DNA of 61,259 nucleotides, counting the filler, from Asterionella formosa (taxonomy: Eukaryota): assembly GCA_002256025.1 (NCBI GenBank). It is 12 parts of 12 records of this genome, joined end to end, with 100 filler letters (N's around TTAATTAATTAA, not from the genome) between each part and the next. Parts side by side here need not be neighbours in the genome. Positions count along the whole stretch, not along the records: positions 20,516 to 25,534 come from NKIB01013255.1; positions 25,635 to 30,647 come from NKIB01013257.1; positions 30,748 to 35,759 come from NKIB01013258.1; 9 more parts are not named here. One strand, 5' to 3'. Below, piece after piece: positions 21,075 through 32,190 of this stretch. The notes under the pieces are model-generated. The model saw only the letters and a list, made by a program, of their open reading frames with translations. It was not told where the DNA came from and searched no databases. The position numbers and the translations under genes were made by a program. The stretch's first letter is position 1. Every line of letters begins with the position of its first letter.

Positions 21075-24000
21075 CTATGCGGGAGAACGGTTACCGGTAG
21101 TCTGTCTCTTCATTTTGCGCTTGTTCTTATTCTTAGCATAGCTGGGCAAAAATAGATCATCACATGAAAATGTCGTCTTCCGTGAACTTGACTTTACCTT
21201 GGGTTCGCCATAAAGCAACACTTCGGGGCGAAAACAAAAAGCAGCTTGGTCAGCCTTATTGAAAGCATTGCGACTGACGTCCTTTTGAACGAAATACTCG
21301 AAAACTTCATTTTCGTTCTTGCCATGGTTAGAAACTGACGGCGAAGCTAACCCAGCACAAACCGGCACTCGATCGTTGTCAACAAGCTCACGATTATTCC
21401 TCGATTTTTTTGGAGGTATTGATGTTTCAGCGGATTCCTCCTCGAAATCTTCCTTAATTGTTTCATCTATAGCGATGTACGACGAAGCATCGAATGAACA
21501 AACTGGAGAAGGAAATTTTTGCAGTTTTTCTTGTTGTGGCGTTACAGTCAGTGACAATCGAGCCTTTGCAATAGTGGGCAACGAATATGTGCTCGAGATT
21601 TCCTCCGGTACTGGCTTGTTAACGGCATCAAGGCACTGAAAGGGAGATGAATCAACTGGATTAGTACGATTCTTTCCTTTGCAGTCATCGTCGACATGGG
21701 ATTCCATGATATCAACATCTGATGCACACTCCATGACATCATTCACAACCTGACTGTATCCACCCTGTTCTTCCTCGAAGCCATCATCCCCTTGCTCAAG
21801 TGCTGCATGGCCCTTTTCCTTCTGAAGGAAATCTGCATGATTAAGTGCTCCAGTTGCCAATATCTTTGCTACCTCGTCATTGTCAGAATCAGCATGTGAC
21901 ACATTTCGGCAAGCAGGTGCCTCAATCCACTCATTGGGCCTTCTACCAATATCGTCGATAATCTCTTCATTCAGATGTTTCATTCCAAGAGCGACTTCTT
22001 CCATAGACACAAGCTCAAGCCGATTCTCGAACTCAGAAGACCTCGCCTTGAGCTTATCTTCGTTGGACGTATCAGCCTTCCAAAGATCATCCATGAAGCG
22101 GCCATCTTTATATCTCAACAAATTCTCAACACCAAACAACTCTCCCTTACGATCTTTATCACCCTGTACTGCACGAAACATCCTAGCAGCCTTTTTGTTG
22201 CCTCCCTCTTCAACATCGCCAATAGTTTCCTGCTTCAACTGTACCTTATATATTTGCCGAATATACTTGAGCTCTTCAATAGTTCCCGAAGTCACCAAGC
22301 GGATAACCAAAACATCTCGTTGTTGTCCAATACGAAAGGCGCGATCCTGTGCTTGTTCGTCATTACTCGGATTGAACTCAACATCGAATACAATTACTAC
22401 ATTAGCTGCCGTTAGATTCAAACCGAGGCCACCTGCCCTGGTTGAGATCAGGAAGAGGAAAATATTGCCGTCCTCTTGGTATTGGTCGACCAGTGCTTGG
22501 CGACTCTTGTTAGGCGTTGACCCATCCAATCGAAGAAATGAGTAGCCTTCTGAGCGGACAAAATTTTGTATTAGATCAAGCATTTGTGTAGAATACGAAA
22601 ACAGTAGCAAACGAGAATTTCGTCGGCTGAACTCTCGCAACAGTTTTGCCAGCACCTTCATTTTCCCGGACAGCACGGTATGTTGATCCATGATTCCATC
22701 TTGGCGAATATAATCCCCCCCTGGTAGCTGGCGTAAAACTTCCTGGGGTATGGCAACTTTTGCAAAATCATAATCCTTCATAGCAGCTTTCCATGATGCT
22801 GATTGGGGGTCATATGAGTCGGGAGGACGATCAAGTTGAAGTAGAGATGGGTGGGAGCTGAGCTTCAATAGTTTATTAAGGGCGGGGAAAAGCAAACAAA
22901 AAGGACATTGCTTACAGCACTCTCTCGACTTGTGTTGCCACTTCCACAATGGAGCCATAGGATCGCAAATTTCATCTGGATCGCATGTCGCAGGATCGTA
23001 ATTAGGATTGAGTGGAATTTGCCAACAGCACTGGCATCGCTTCTTGATTTCGTCTCGCTTTCTACGCTGAAAATCCAGCTTTTCTTTTTCGCTCCGAAGG
23101 CGCTTGAATTGTTGAAAGATTGCTCTATTTACCCCACATTCACATGGAGCCTGAGCATATTTGAGAAGAACGAAGTCTGGCATCATTAGAATATGCTGAT
23201 AAAGTACCTTTTGTATAGGGGAGGGTTCACAAAACAATACGCGTTCGTCCTTCATCGGCAAGTCATCCGCAAGCACTTGTGATTTGTATCTCTTGATATA
23301 CAAAATTTTTAGTCGCTCCGTCAATTTTCTTACAACAACGTCGCCTCTTCTAATGATATCTTCACTTGCCGTTTTTGTTCTTGAATTGGAAAGAAGAAGA
23401 AAATAAGCCAGGTAAATTAATTTACTAGACATTGGAAGAAAAAAACGTACCTTGCCATCATGATCGGGGTGGCAAATTGAGACTTAAACTCTTCCCATGT
23501 TTCTAAGAAGCCAGGTGCGACAGTCTCGACACAAGACCACAACTCCTCGGGATTATTTTGCATTATTGTTCCAGTCATTCCCAATATTGGACACTGACAT
23601 GCATCTCGAAGTGACGCAAGTCCCAGGAAGCCAGCGCTCTTACGATTTTTTTGTTGATGCTGTTCGTCCACGACAATGAGCTTCCAAGGAATTGCTTTCA
23701 AGGACTCTAGGTCTTCAGAGCTAACAAGAACACCCTTGGAACATACCAAAACTTCTTCGATTCCACTTCTAAGGCGCTCCAATGCTAATGCTCTACTCCC
23801 ACCATGATATAAGGCAACTCCAAAGTGACCCCATGTATCAAACTCGTTCAACCAATTCTGTGTCACACTTGAAGGGACAATCACCAAAACCGGGAGGTAC
23901 TTGGGCCATTCAGGTTCATACAGAGGCATCACGGTCACGGTACCATTACGCAAAGCATGATTATAATCTGATTTCAATTTTACCATGTGAGTGTTCAACT

Positions 24001-25360
24001 TGTTTCGTCTTTCAGCCAATACTATGAGATCTTCGCCAGTGCCAGATTTTCCCAACATCGCCGCAAGCATCGAGATGACCTGAACTGTTTTTCCCAAACC
24101 TTCAATAGAAGTTACAAGGAGAAGAAAATTTTAGATTCCAATACGAAATCTTTTGAATAAGAGATTGTGGTATCTGAACGTACCCATGTCGTCGCCGAGA
24201 ATACAACCCTTGCCTTCTACAATTCGCCTGTGAATGAAGCGAATTCCCATTCTTTGGTAATCCTTCAAATATCGATTTATTGATGCCGGTACTTGGTGCT
24301 CACCATGAGAGTGGGCCAAAGTCAATGGTATAAGCGCTGAAGGAGGGCCTAATTTCGGGTTTTGGAATTCGGGTTTAAGTTCGCTCACTCTAACTTCTCT
24401 CGGTTTCATGGATTGATCCGATTCGATTGAAGCTTGACGGGTTCTCTTCTTAGTAAAGATCCTTTGATTATTTGGGATCGTCTCTTCGCTTAAATTATTC
24501 GGCTGAACGGTGCTTTGAAGCTTATTAACCCTCAGTGACGATGCACAGTTGGTTATTGCAACTCCTTTTCCCGGACTTGTGCCTTCATCGGAATCAGACC
24601 ACAAGGCTGCATCTTCAAGAATACGTTTATTCTTCCCTTTTGCAGTCAATTCCTTCCTTCCTTCTTTGTCGCACTTTATTTTATTTTCTTCGATGCGTTG
24701 GTACAATGCAAGAGGATTCTGGGGCATTCGTTTTACACGACGACTACGATCTACGTTTTCCGATAGCGTGACCAAATCTTCGTTGTCACTTGCTTCTTCT
24801 GAGAAGGTAGGCAAAACTGCTGCCTTGTCATTTTTTGAATAATACTTTGAAGCCGCAAGATTGGTTATTGCCGCATTGGTTATGGGTTCCTTCCAAAGCT
24901 TATCAGCAAGATCCAACAAGTCATCGTCAGAATCGAAATTCACACTTTGAAAATTCAAAGTGGACTGCCCATGCTTCTTGAAAATCTGCGAGGGCTTACT
25001 TGGAGAGCTTTGTGAGAATGTTAAATCTGATACAGCAGATCCAGGAGACGGAGGGAACTGAGCCAAGCGTCGAGGTTCCTTCTTAAACATATCTTCGTTC
25101 ATTCTGGCATTCGTGACTTTACAGTTGTCTTGTGCTGGTGCAGCACTTAATTTCTTGGACGATGCCACCCATCCATAATCTCTGATAGATTCCAGTGCAG
25201 ATTGCTTGATATCTTGAGGAGGCGACCGTTTCTGTTCGAGCGCTGTCAGCACAGTTTCACATTCCGAACCAATAGCGACATCTTTGGTCGCTCGCTTCTG
25301 TCGATGTTCTTGTTTTTCTCGTCGTCGCTTTTCTTTCTTTTGTCGAGTGAATTCCTCCAT
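21075..25360 (-). CDS. SNF2-family helicase, ERCC6L2/SWITCH2-like; introns 24100-24183 and 23380-23450; 5' end uncertain
   Basis: Splicing the GT-AG introns restores ILGDDMGLGKTVQ (motif I) and IMMARTKT. Also IVVDEQH, MTGTIMQN, SGKMKVL, FLISTRAGGLGLNLTAAN, QAQDRAFRIGQ, and subfamily-type VPASINRYL and KGELFGVENL. Confidence 0.88.
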
Positions 25361-25636
25361 ATGCTCAGTTATACTTACAGGCACCTATCCAACGAGAGCT
25401 GGGAACAAAAGAAGCACAGGACTTGCAGATTTCTTGTGTACCTGGTAGACTCCCGGTGTGTAATACTGCAATTCTCAAGTCGGTGTTGTGTGTCTGCCTT
25501 GCCTCGTCGTCGGCAGGAAGTTTGAGCAACCTCANNNNNNNNNNNNNNNNNNNNNNNNNNNNNNNNNNNNNNNNNNNNTTAATTAATTAANNNNNNNNNN
25601 NNNNNNNNNNNNNNNNNNNNNNNNNNNNNNNNNNTA

Positions 25637-26284
25637 CCGTATACTTCATTGTCCTGGACCCCCCAATGTACACTGCCGTGACTGAATTTGACTGATTTTA
25701 CTTAAGGGGGGCCCAGGACAATGAAGAGATTTCCCTTATAATGGACCTAAGTAAATTTCTTTAGTTCTACAGGATAGCGCACATTTTTCTAAGATGTATT
25801 AATATGACAATTATTTCCGTCTTGTGAAAAATGAGAGAGTTCTTCACCTCGCAAGAAAAACGCGACTTCATGTTGTTATCGGCGATCTCAATTTTCGTTG
25901 TCATTATTAGTGTTATTACTTTACTTCTTTTACGATTGTATTTTCGATGTCATTCTTAATACAGGTAGCAAGTAGCAAAGCGTCGTTCTCTATTTTCGTG
26001 GAGATAATTGGTATTTTCGTCATGGTCAAGGTTGCGACAACATCATGAAGGATTCTCCAGCTGCTCACAGCCACTACCTGTCGTCTCTTGTGTTTTGTAT
26101 GTACAAAAGAATCGCAAAATGGTAGCTAAATTATTACATACTAGTGCCTACGAGGACAAAAAGAATTATGGCACGTTACTTTGTCTATGACAAGAAAATT
26201 ATTGGGTGTTTGGTTCCACCTCGAGAAAAATGTACAGGGGGGTCCAGCAACCATAGGGGGGGTCCAGGACAATGAAGTATACGG
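25637..26284 (+). mobile_element. Complete 648-bp non-autonomous pogo-family element (internal deletion derivative) with perfect 28-bp TIRs and TA target-site duplication
   Basis: TA|CCGTATACTTCATTGTCCTGGACCCCCC...GGGGGGTCCAGGACAATGAAGTATACGG|TA. It keeps the transposase start (ATGAGAGAGTTCTTC...) homologous to 1015 and 36580. Confidence 0.92.
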
Positions 26285-26487
26285 TACTAACATTTTGAAT
26301 ACTTTATTACGGTATGAATATGTATATATTCTACGCATGGCTCTCAGCCAGCACTTTCCCTTCGCTCCACTCGTCCTCCACTCCGCCCCGGTGTAGTAAT
26401 ACCGGTAGCTACCGGGTATGGTACCGGTGCTCGTATAAGGTATTCACCAGCTAACAGTTATCAGCCATCAGCTAACCTAGACACACC

Positions 26488-27995
26488 ATGGGATCCGCAG
26501 ATGCCGCTGAGGACGGCCCCAAGCCCCGCACACAACCCCACTTGATGCCTCAAGATGCATCAACTGTCGATCCATCGAAGTTGAACGCCTTGACCCCAGA
26601 AGTGGTAAGTCAGTCTACTATCACACTATATAGTCAGTCTCCCTGCGTACAATTATTACGTAAAGCCTCCCTCACTCACACTTTCAATTCCTTCCATGTC
26701 AGATTTCCCGCCAAGCCACCATCAATATTGGAACGATTGGACACGTCGCGCACGGCAAGTCCACAGTCGTCAAGGCCATCTCCGGAGTGCAGACTGTGCG
26801 TTTCAAGAACGAGCTGGAGCGAAACATCACCATTAAGCTGGGCTATGCCAACGCCAAGATCTACAAGGGCGACCAGCTCGCCGAGAAGGGAGGCTTCTAC
26901 ACCTCTCGAGGATCGTCGCACCCAGACGTCTTTGAAGACGGAGGCGTCACGTACAGACTCAGGCGTCACTTGTCCTTTGTCGACTGCCCCGGCCACGACA
27001 TTCTCATGGCCACCATGCTCAACGGCGCTGCTGTCATGGACGCTGCGCTACTTCTGGTGGCCGGCAACGAACCATGTCCGCAACCGCAAACGTCGGAACA
27101 CTTGGCGGCGGTGGAGATTATGAGGCTGGAGCACATTATCATTCTGCAAAACAAGGTAGACTTGGTCAAGCCCGATGCTGCCCTGGCGCAGCAAGAGCAA
27201 ATCAGAAAGTTCGTGGCGGGTACTGTGGCGGACTCGGCGCCCATTTTGCCCATTAGTGCCGTCTTGAAGTACAACATTGACGCCGTTTGTGAGTACCTGG
27301 TCAGGAAAATTCCCCTCCCTCCAAGAGATTTCACCAGCGTCCCGAGATTGATTGTCATTAGATCCTTTGATGTCAATCGACCAGGACAAGACGTTAAGAA
27401 TTTGCAAGGAGGCGTCGCGGGAGGATCCATCCTACAAGGGGTGCTCCGAGTGGGAGATGAGATCGAAGTTAGGCCTGGAATTGTTACCAAGCAGGACGAC
27501 GACAAAGTTGTGTGTTCTCCCATTTACTCAAGAATCAGCAGTTTGTACGCTGAATCTAATGACCTGCAATTCGCTGTCCCTGGAGGCTTGATTGGAGTGG
27601 GGACTCGCATCGATCCGACTCTTACGCGCGCCGATCGATTGGTAGGACAAGTACTGGGATTAAAAGGGAAATTACCGGATGTTTTTTCAGAGATTGAAAT
27701 ATCATACTACCTATTGAGACGCTTATTGGGGGTAAAGACCTCAGATGGAGGGAAACAGGCAAAGGTTCAAAAGTTGAGCAAGGGAGAAATTCTCATGGTC
27801 AACATTGGATCAACAGCAACTGGTGGAAAGGTACAAGCGGTAAAGGGAGAATTGGCCAAGATTGCGTTGACCCAACCTGTGTGTACGACTGAAGGTGAAA
27901 AAATTGCTTTGAGTCGACGTGTTGACAAGCATTGGAGATTGATTGGATGGGGACAGATTCGAAAGGGATCCAAGATTGATATTGTTGGACACTAG
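26488..27995 (+). CDS. EIF2S3: Translation initiation factor eIF2 gamma subunit; intron 26605-26702
   Basis: Spliced [70 protein letters not shown]. Confidence 0.97.
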
Positions 27996-28297
27996 GTTAA
28001 TTGCTTTTCAGAAATTTAAATTACAATTATCCCACCTGGATTTCATCATGTTTTATACATTGTTGTTTACTCAATTGTAGTTGACTCATTCCGTGAAGAA
28101 GTTATGATTACAGGAACAAGTTTTGCTGGACTTTGGCTAAGAACAACAATATTCGTTGTTATTTTCTATACTCGTTTCCACCATAAGCTGTAATCAGTTC
28201 CATTTTATTCCATTTATTAGTTACGACACGCAATAGAAATATTAGATATTTAAAAAATTACATTCAATCATAAACATTTCATAAAGGCATCCAAGTC

Positions 28298-29308
28298 CTA
28301 CTTTTTCTTTTGGTCTTGATAGTATGCAGCAGTTGCACGTAATGCATCACCAATAGGAGTCGCATCAACGTTGAACTCACGGCAAAAATCATTGTCATTT
28401 ACTCCATAAGCATTGGTCCAGAATGGGAGCATCTCCTTCATTTCTTTCATAAATGTCATCCCAAGGGCAAGCACCTTGATAAGAAACACTGAAATAACTT
28501 GCATTTTGACAGGGGAGTTACTGTTGGGAGAAATGATACCTTGCGCCTCGGACGCAATGTCTCGCATGGTCATATTCTTAATGGCATGGGGACAAATCCA
28601 GAATTTTCCATACGCCTTTTCACTAATACTAGCAACATAAAGTGCATTCGCAAAATCCTTGGTATAGCAAAAGTCATGAATCACTTTATCCGTAGCAAGA
28701 GCCAAGGGCTTTTGGCCATTGACCATATTACCAAAGAATGTATCACCCAGAAAGGAGTGATGTACATAGGGGCCAAAAAAGTCAGCCCCTCCGACACAAG
28801 TCAAAGCCATGGGTTGACTGTCCATGCGAGCCTGAAACTCAGTTCGTAGTACTGCACGTATAGCGGGCTTGGACTTGAGAGAAGCTTCAATAATATTGGT
28901 GGATGGTGAAATGCCCATTCCAGGTCCGTACGCATACAAATTATCACAAAAGACAAGTGGCTTGGTCTCGGATGTGACAGCGAGCAAGTTGTCCACCACA
29001 ATGGGCCAATGTTCGGCCCAAAACTTGCGTTCGTATCTTTCAAACCCAACACAGCAATATACAAGGTCCACATCCCGAGTCAAAGACTGAACATTCTCAA
29101 GGTTCTCTACATCACCCTTCACTATCGTAACATTCGTCAATCCACGGGAAGACAAATGCGATTTTGACTGAGCACCCGATCGAGAAACAGCAAGGATTTT
29201 CCACAAGGGCTGTTCTTTGGTGATAATTTCAATGAGCTGCGTACCAATGGGTCCAGTGGAGCCAAATACAATCACTTTCTTATTCTGAGGAGTTTTTGAT
29301 GGTGTCAT
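28298..29308 (-). CDS. NAD-dependent epimerase/dehydratase-like protein (atypical SDR)
   Basis: First ATG at 29308. Rossmann motif VIVFGSTGPIG, KGDV, LVFCDNLYAYGP, ADFFGP, HDFCYTKDFA, AYGKFW. Confidence 0.82.
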   Translation of the reverse strand: MTPSKTPQNKKVIVFGSTGPIGTQLIEIITKEQPLWKILAVSRSGAQSKSHLSSRGLTNVTIVKGDVENLENVQSLTRDVDLVYCCVGFERYERKFWAEHWPIVVDNLLAVTSETKPLVFCDNLYAYGPGMGISPSTNIIEASLKSKPAIRAVLRTEFQARMDSQPMALTCVGGADFFGPYVHHSFLGDTFFGNMVNGQKPLALATDKVIHDFCYTKDFANALYVASISEKAYGKFWICPHAIKNMTMRDIASEAQGIISPNSNSPVKMQVISVFLIKVLALGMTFMKEMKEMLPFWTNAYGVNDNDFCREFNVDATPIGDALRATAAYYQDQKKK

Positions 29309-30747
29309 GATGGCTGAATTGTTCGAGAATTTTGATTTTGTGAGAAAGGATGTAAGCAAAATATTAAGATGTACACTACTGTTATTTTGCTCAAATGTAA
29401 ACCCGGTAAAGTGTTGAACATGGTGTGACTTCACCTCTTGTTCCTGGGGGTTCGTTCTGATTATTGAAGGGTATAGAAGGTCAGCCAGATACCGGTTAGT
29501 CCATCAGTTAATTCGTACATGGTACCTGGTACCAGGTACCAGGTACCAGGTACTAGGGGCGGGTACCTTCCAGCGACCTGGTACCAGTTACCAGGTACCA
29601 CTTAAAAACTGTAAGCCACCGCTACGGCGACTTTTGAACTGTAAGCCACCGCTAAACGGAGTAAACGCACGGTTTGAACTTAGTTTACAAGATACGCTAT
29701 TTATTGTCACGAACGAGTTGTTCAGATTTATATAGCGAGTAAATACTTCCGTACTTGTATTGTTGCATTGTGTACATTGTTAATTAGGTATTATCGCCCA
29801 AAGGTTGCTGTCGACGTGAAATTGCGAAAATTGGATATTTTCACGTTTACTCGATTGAGCAAGCATCACCTTTTATATACGTATTCAGGTATGAGAATAT
29901 TCCTCCGCTAGAAAACTAATTTAGTATCCTCTAAAATTTATTTAATATGACTACGACGGCATTGCGCTTTCGCTCGTGCGCCATAATAAAGAGATAATTT
30001 CATTAATGGAAAACGTCAAATAGGAATTCTTGGTGCGCCCGAATTATGAGTACAAAAATTAAATGCAAACACACAACAATCACCCATCACCCATCACAAC
30101 ACCAACACCATGACCTCGAAAGCGCCTCGACAAGGCAATGCCTTGCCTCGAAAGAAATTGTCTCCTGAAGAGTTGGTCAGTGTTCAGATTTGTCTTAACA
30201 ATGTGATTAGGGAGCTAACAATGGTGGAAAAATGCCTTATGGTGCTATTTCTAGGACAGTATCAGCTAAGCAATGCATTTTCCCTTGGATATCTGTTAAC
30301 CAAGTGAAGAATGAACTAAAACGAAGTGCTAGACTAGAAGTTAAGTATAGTACTGCTACTATGTATACTACTTCTGGTTCGTCCCTCTTTCAACCATCAA
30401 CTGCAACCATGGTGTCTACATTGACACCTGACCATTGTGGTCCTACTAAAACTCAACTCTTGAATGCTGATGGCAGCTTTGCCTTGTTATTTCCCAGCAA
30501 TCTCATTCATAATTCATATAAAATTGTCGAGGAGGAAGAAGATGACAACAATGAAGGTGTGAGTGAGCATTATGATAGTCAGTTTACAATGGGCACTTTG
30601 GCATATGAAACTGGAAACAATGGTGTGCTTACCTGGGGAAGTTTGGANNNNNNNNNNNNNNNNNNNNNNNNNNNNNNNNNNNNNNNNNNNNTTAATTAAT
30701 TAANNNNNNNNNNNNNNNNNNNNNNNNNNNNNNNNNNNNNNNNNNNN

Positions 30748-31240
30748 CCTTCATAAACAACATTTCATAAGTCTTGGGGCTGATTTCTATCAACATATTG
30801 ACAACTAAACATCAAATGTTCATAATGATATGTTCCGATATCCACTTGCCCAATGCATTGGATATTATATCTGCCGTTATGACATCGCGTGGTCTTTGTT
30901 TTGTATCAATTGTTGCAGTTATCATAACTGATTCCATCATGGTGGTGGGACTAGTTGCCTTCTCTCTCTCCATATATTCTCATTGAAAACTGTTATTGGC
31001 ACAAGCCCTGCCGTTAATAATCTTGTCTCTCACTTTAACCAAGAAATTAGGCTTTCCATCAGGCCGTGCCATTCAAGCAAGGTAAGATTGTCAATCATAG
31101 AAATTTGTTCAAATACAACTCTATCATGTCGTTACTTCATTTCTTGTTTGTACATGGCGTCCCTTCCTTTCAGGCCAAATTTCTTGAGACCTTCTGTTTC
31201 ATTCTTTGATCACATGATTGTTGCGTTCTGCTTCAGGAAC
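30748..31240 (-). mobile_element. Ty1/Copia reverse transcriptase remnant (diatom CoDi-like)
   Basis: Interrupted translation KKFGLKGRDAMYKQEMK*RHDRVVFEQI...MESLI / LVKVRDKIINGRACAN / ATSPTTMMESVMITATID...RDVITADI. Confidence 0.75.
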
Positions 31241-31346
31241 ATTTTCTTGTCGATTAATCAAAAAATAGTATGTCATACTGAGAACTTTTGGGGCAGTGGG
31301 TCTTACAGTAAAACTGTTAGGCCTAACGGTTTTTTATTTACAGGCG

Positions 31347-31655
31347 CTCCCGATAGTATGAACAAAGAAGGCATCGCTTTTAGTATCCCAACAACAAAAG
31401 ATGCATTTCCGTCGTTATTCAAATATGATTTGTACACTGGTACCGGTAGTTGGTCTCTTCCTGTGTACAAAGTAGCTTGCTTGACGTCAGCATGTTGAAG
31501 TTAGCAGTCAGCAACTGCATCTCAGTAGCTGGTCAGCAAATGAAGTCAGCAGTCAGCGAATATTTCAAAGTTTCAGCAAATCAAGTAGGCAGTTAGCAAC
31601 AAGAAGTCCGCAGTCAGCAATTTGAAGTGCGTTGGTAGTCAGCGATTCACAGTGG
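31347..31655 (+). repeat. Dispersed repeat of about 300 bp, rich in GTCAGCA units; second copy at about 57412-57720
   Basis: Shared CTCCCGATAGTAT...GAAGGCATC.CTTTTAGTATCCCAACAACAAAA...TGGTCTCTTCCT.TGTACAAAGTAGCTT...GAAGTTAGCAGTCAGCAA. Confidence 0.85.
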
Positions 31656-32051
31656 AATTTTGTGCCTACCTGCATAGATTCCTTTTCTAATTTGCTAAAT
31701 ATATAGATATAGATTGTAGATCTCAATTTTTATGCTGGTATACATTCTATAAACCAAGAAATGGTTTATGTGTCATACAACCTGGCGGCTCAGCAAATAT
31801 ATGAAAGTGCACTCTAGGAGTAGTACGTGTATGATCAATGATAATCATCTACCAGTACCCTTAGTGGATATGGTACTGGCACATAGCGGCAATCACCCAA
31901 GAAAATTTGACATGTGTATCCAGTGTGGCCGGTTTGGGTTTGCAACAAGACCTCGCAACTCGGGCCAATCAAATATCGGTAATGTATTGAACTTGACTTA
32001 TCAATATAAGCGGGCACTTACAATGGAACTTTTTGCAAAGAAGATTGTCGG

Positions 32052-32190
32052 ACGAAAATTTGAATCACAAGACTCATATTCCGATGATGACGTTTCAGCA
32101 ATTAGTGATTCTGATTCCGACATAAACCGTTGCAAAGGCCAATATAGTCGAATTTTTGAACAACAATATCTCAACTTTGACATGGTTTGA
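32052..32190 (+). repeat. Diverged dispersed repeat; second copy at about 51600-51745
   Basis: Shared core GATGATGAC.TTT..GC.ATTAGTGATTCTGATTCCGACAT...GTCGAATTTT. Confidence 0.7.

Noticed and set aside
21319..22545. Plus-strand ORFs of 106-221 aa overlapping the helicase (and similar antisense ORFs over other genes)
   Set aside because: Antisense shadows of well-supported coding sequences.
22880..23150. Cys-rich insert between the SNF2 helicase lobes as a novelty
   Set aside because: A similar PCxCG...CC...CPFC segment is, to my knowledge, a normal feature of the ERCC6L2/SWITCH2 subfamily.
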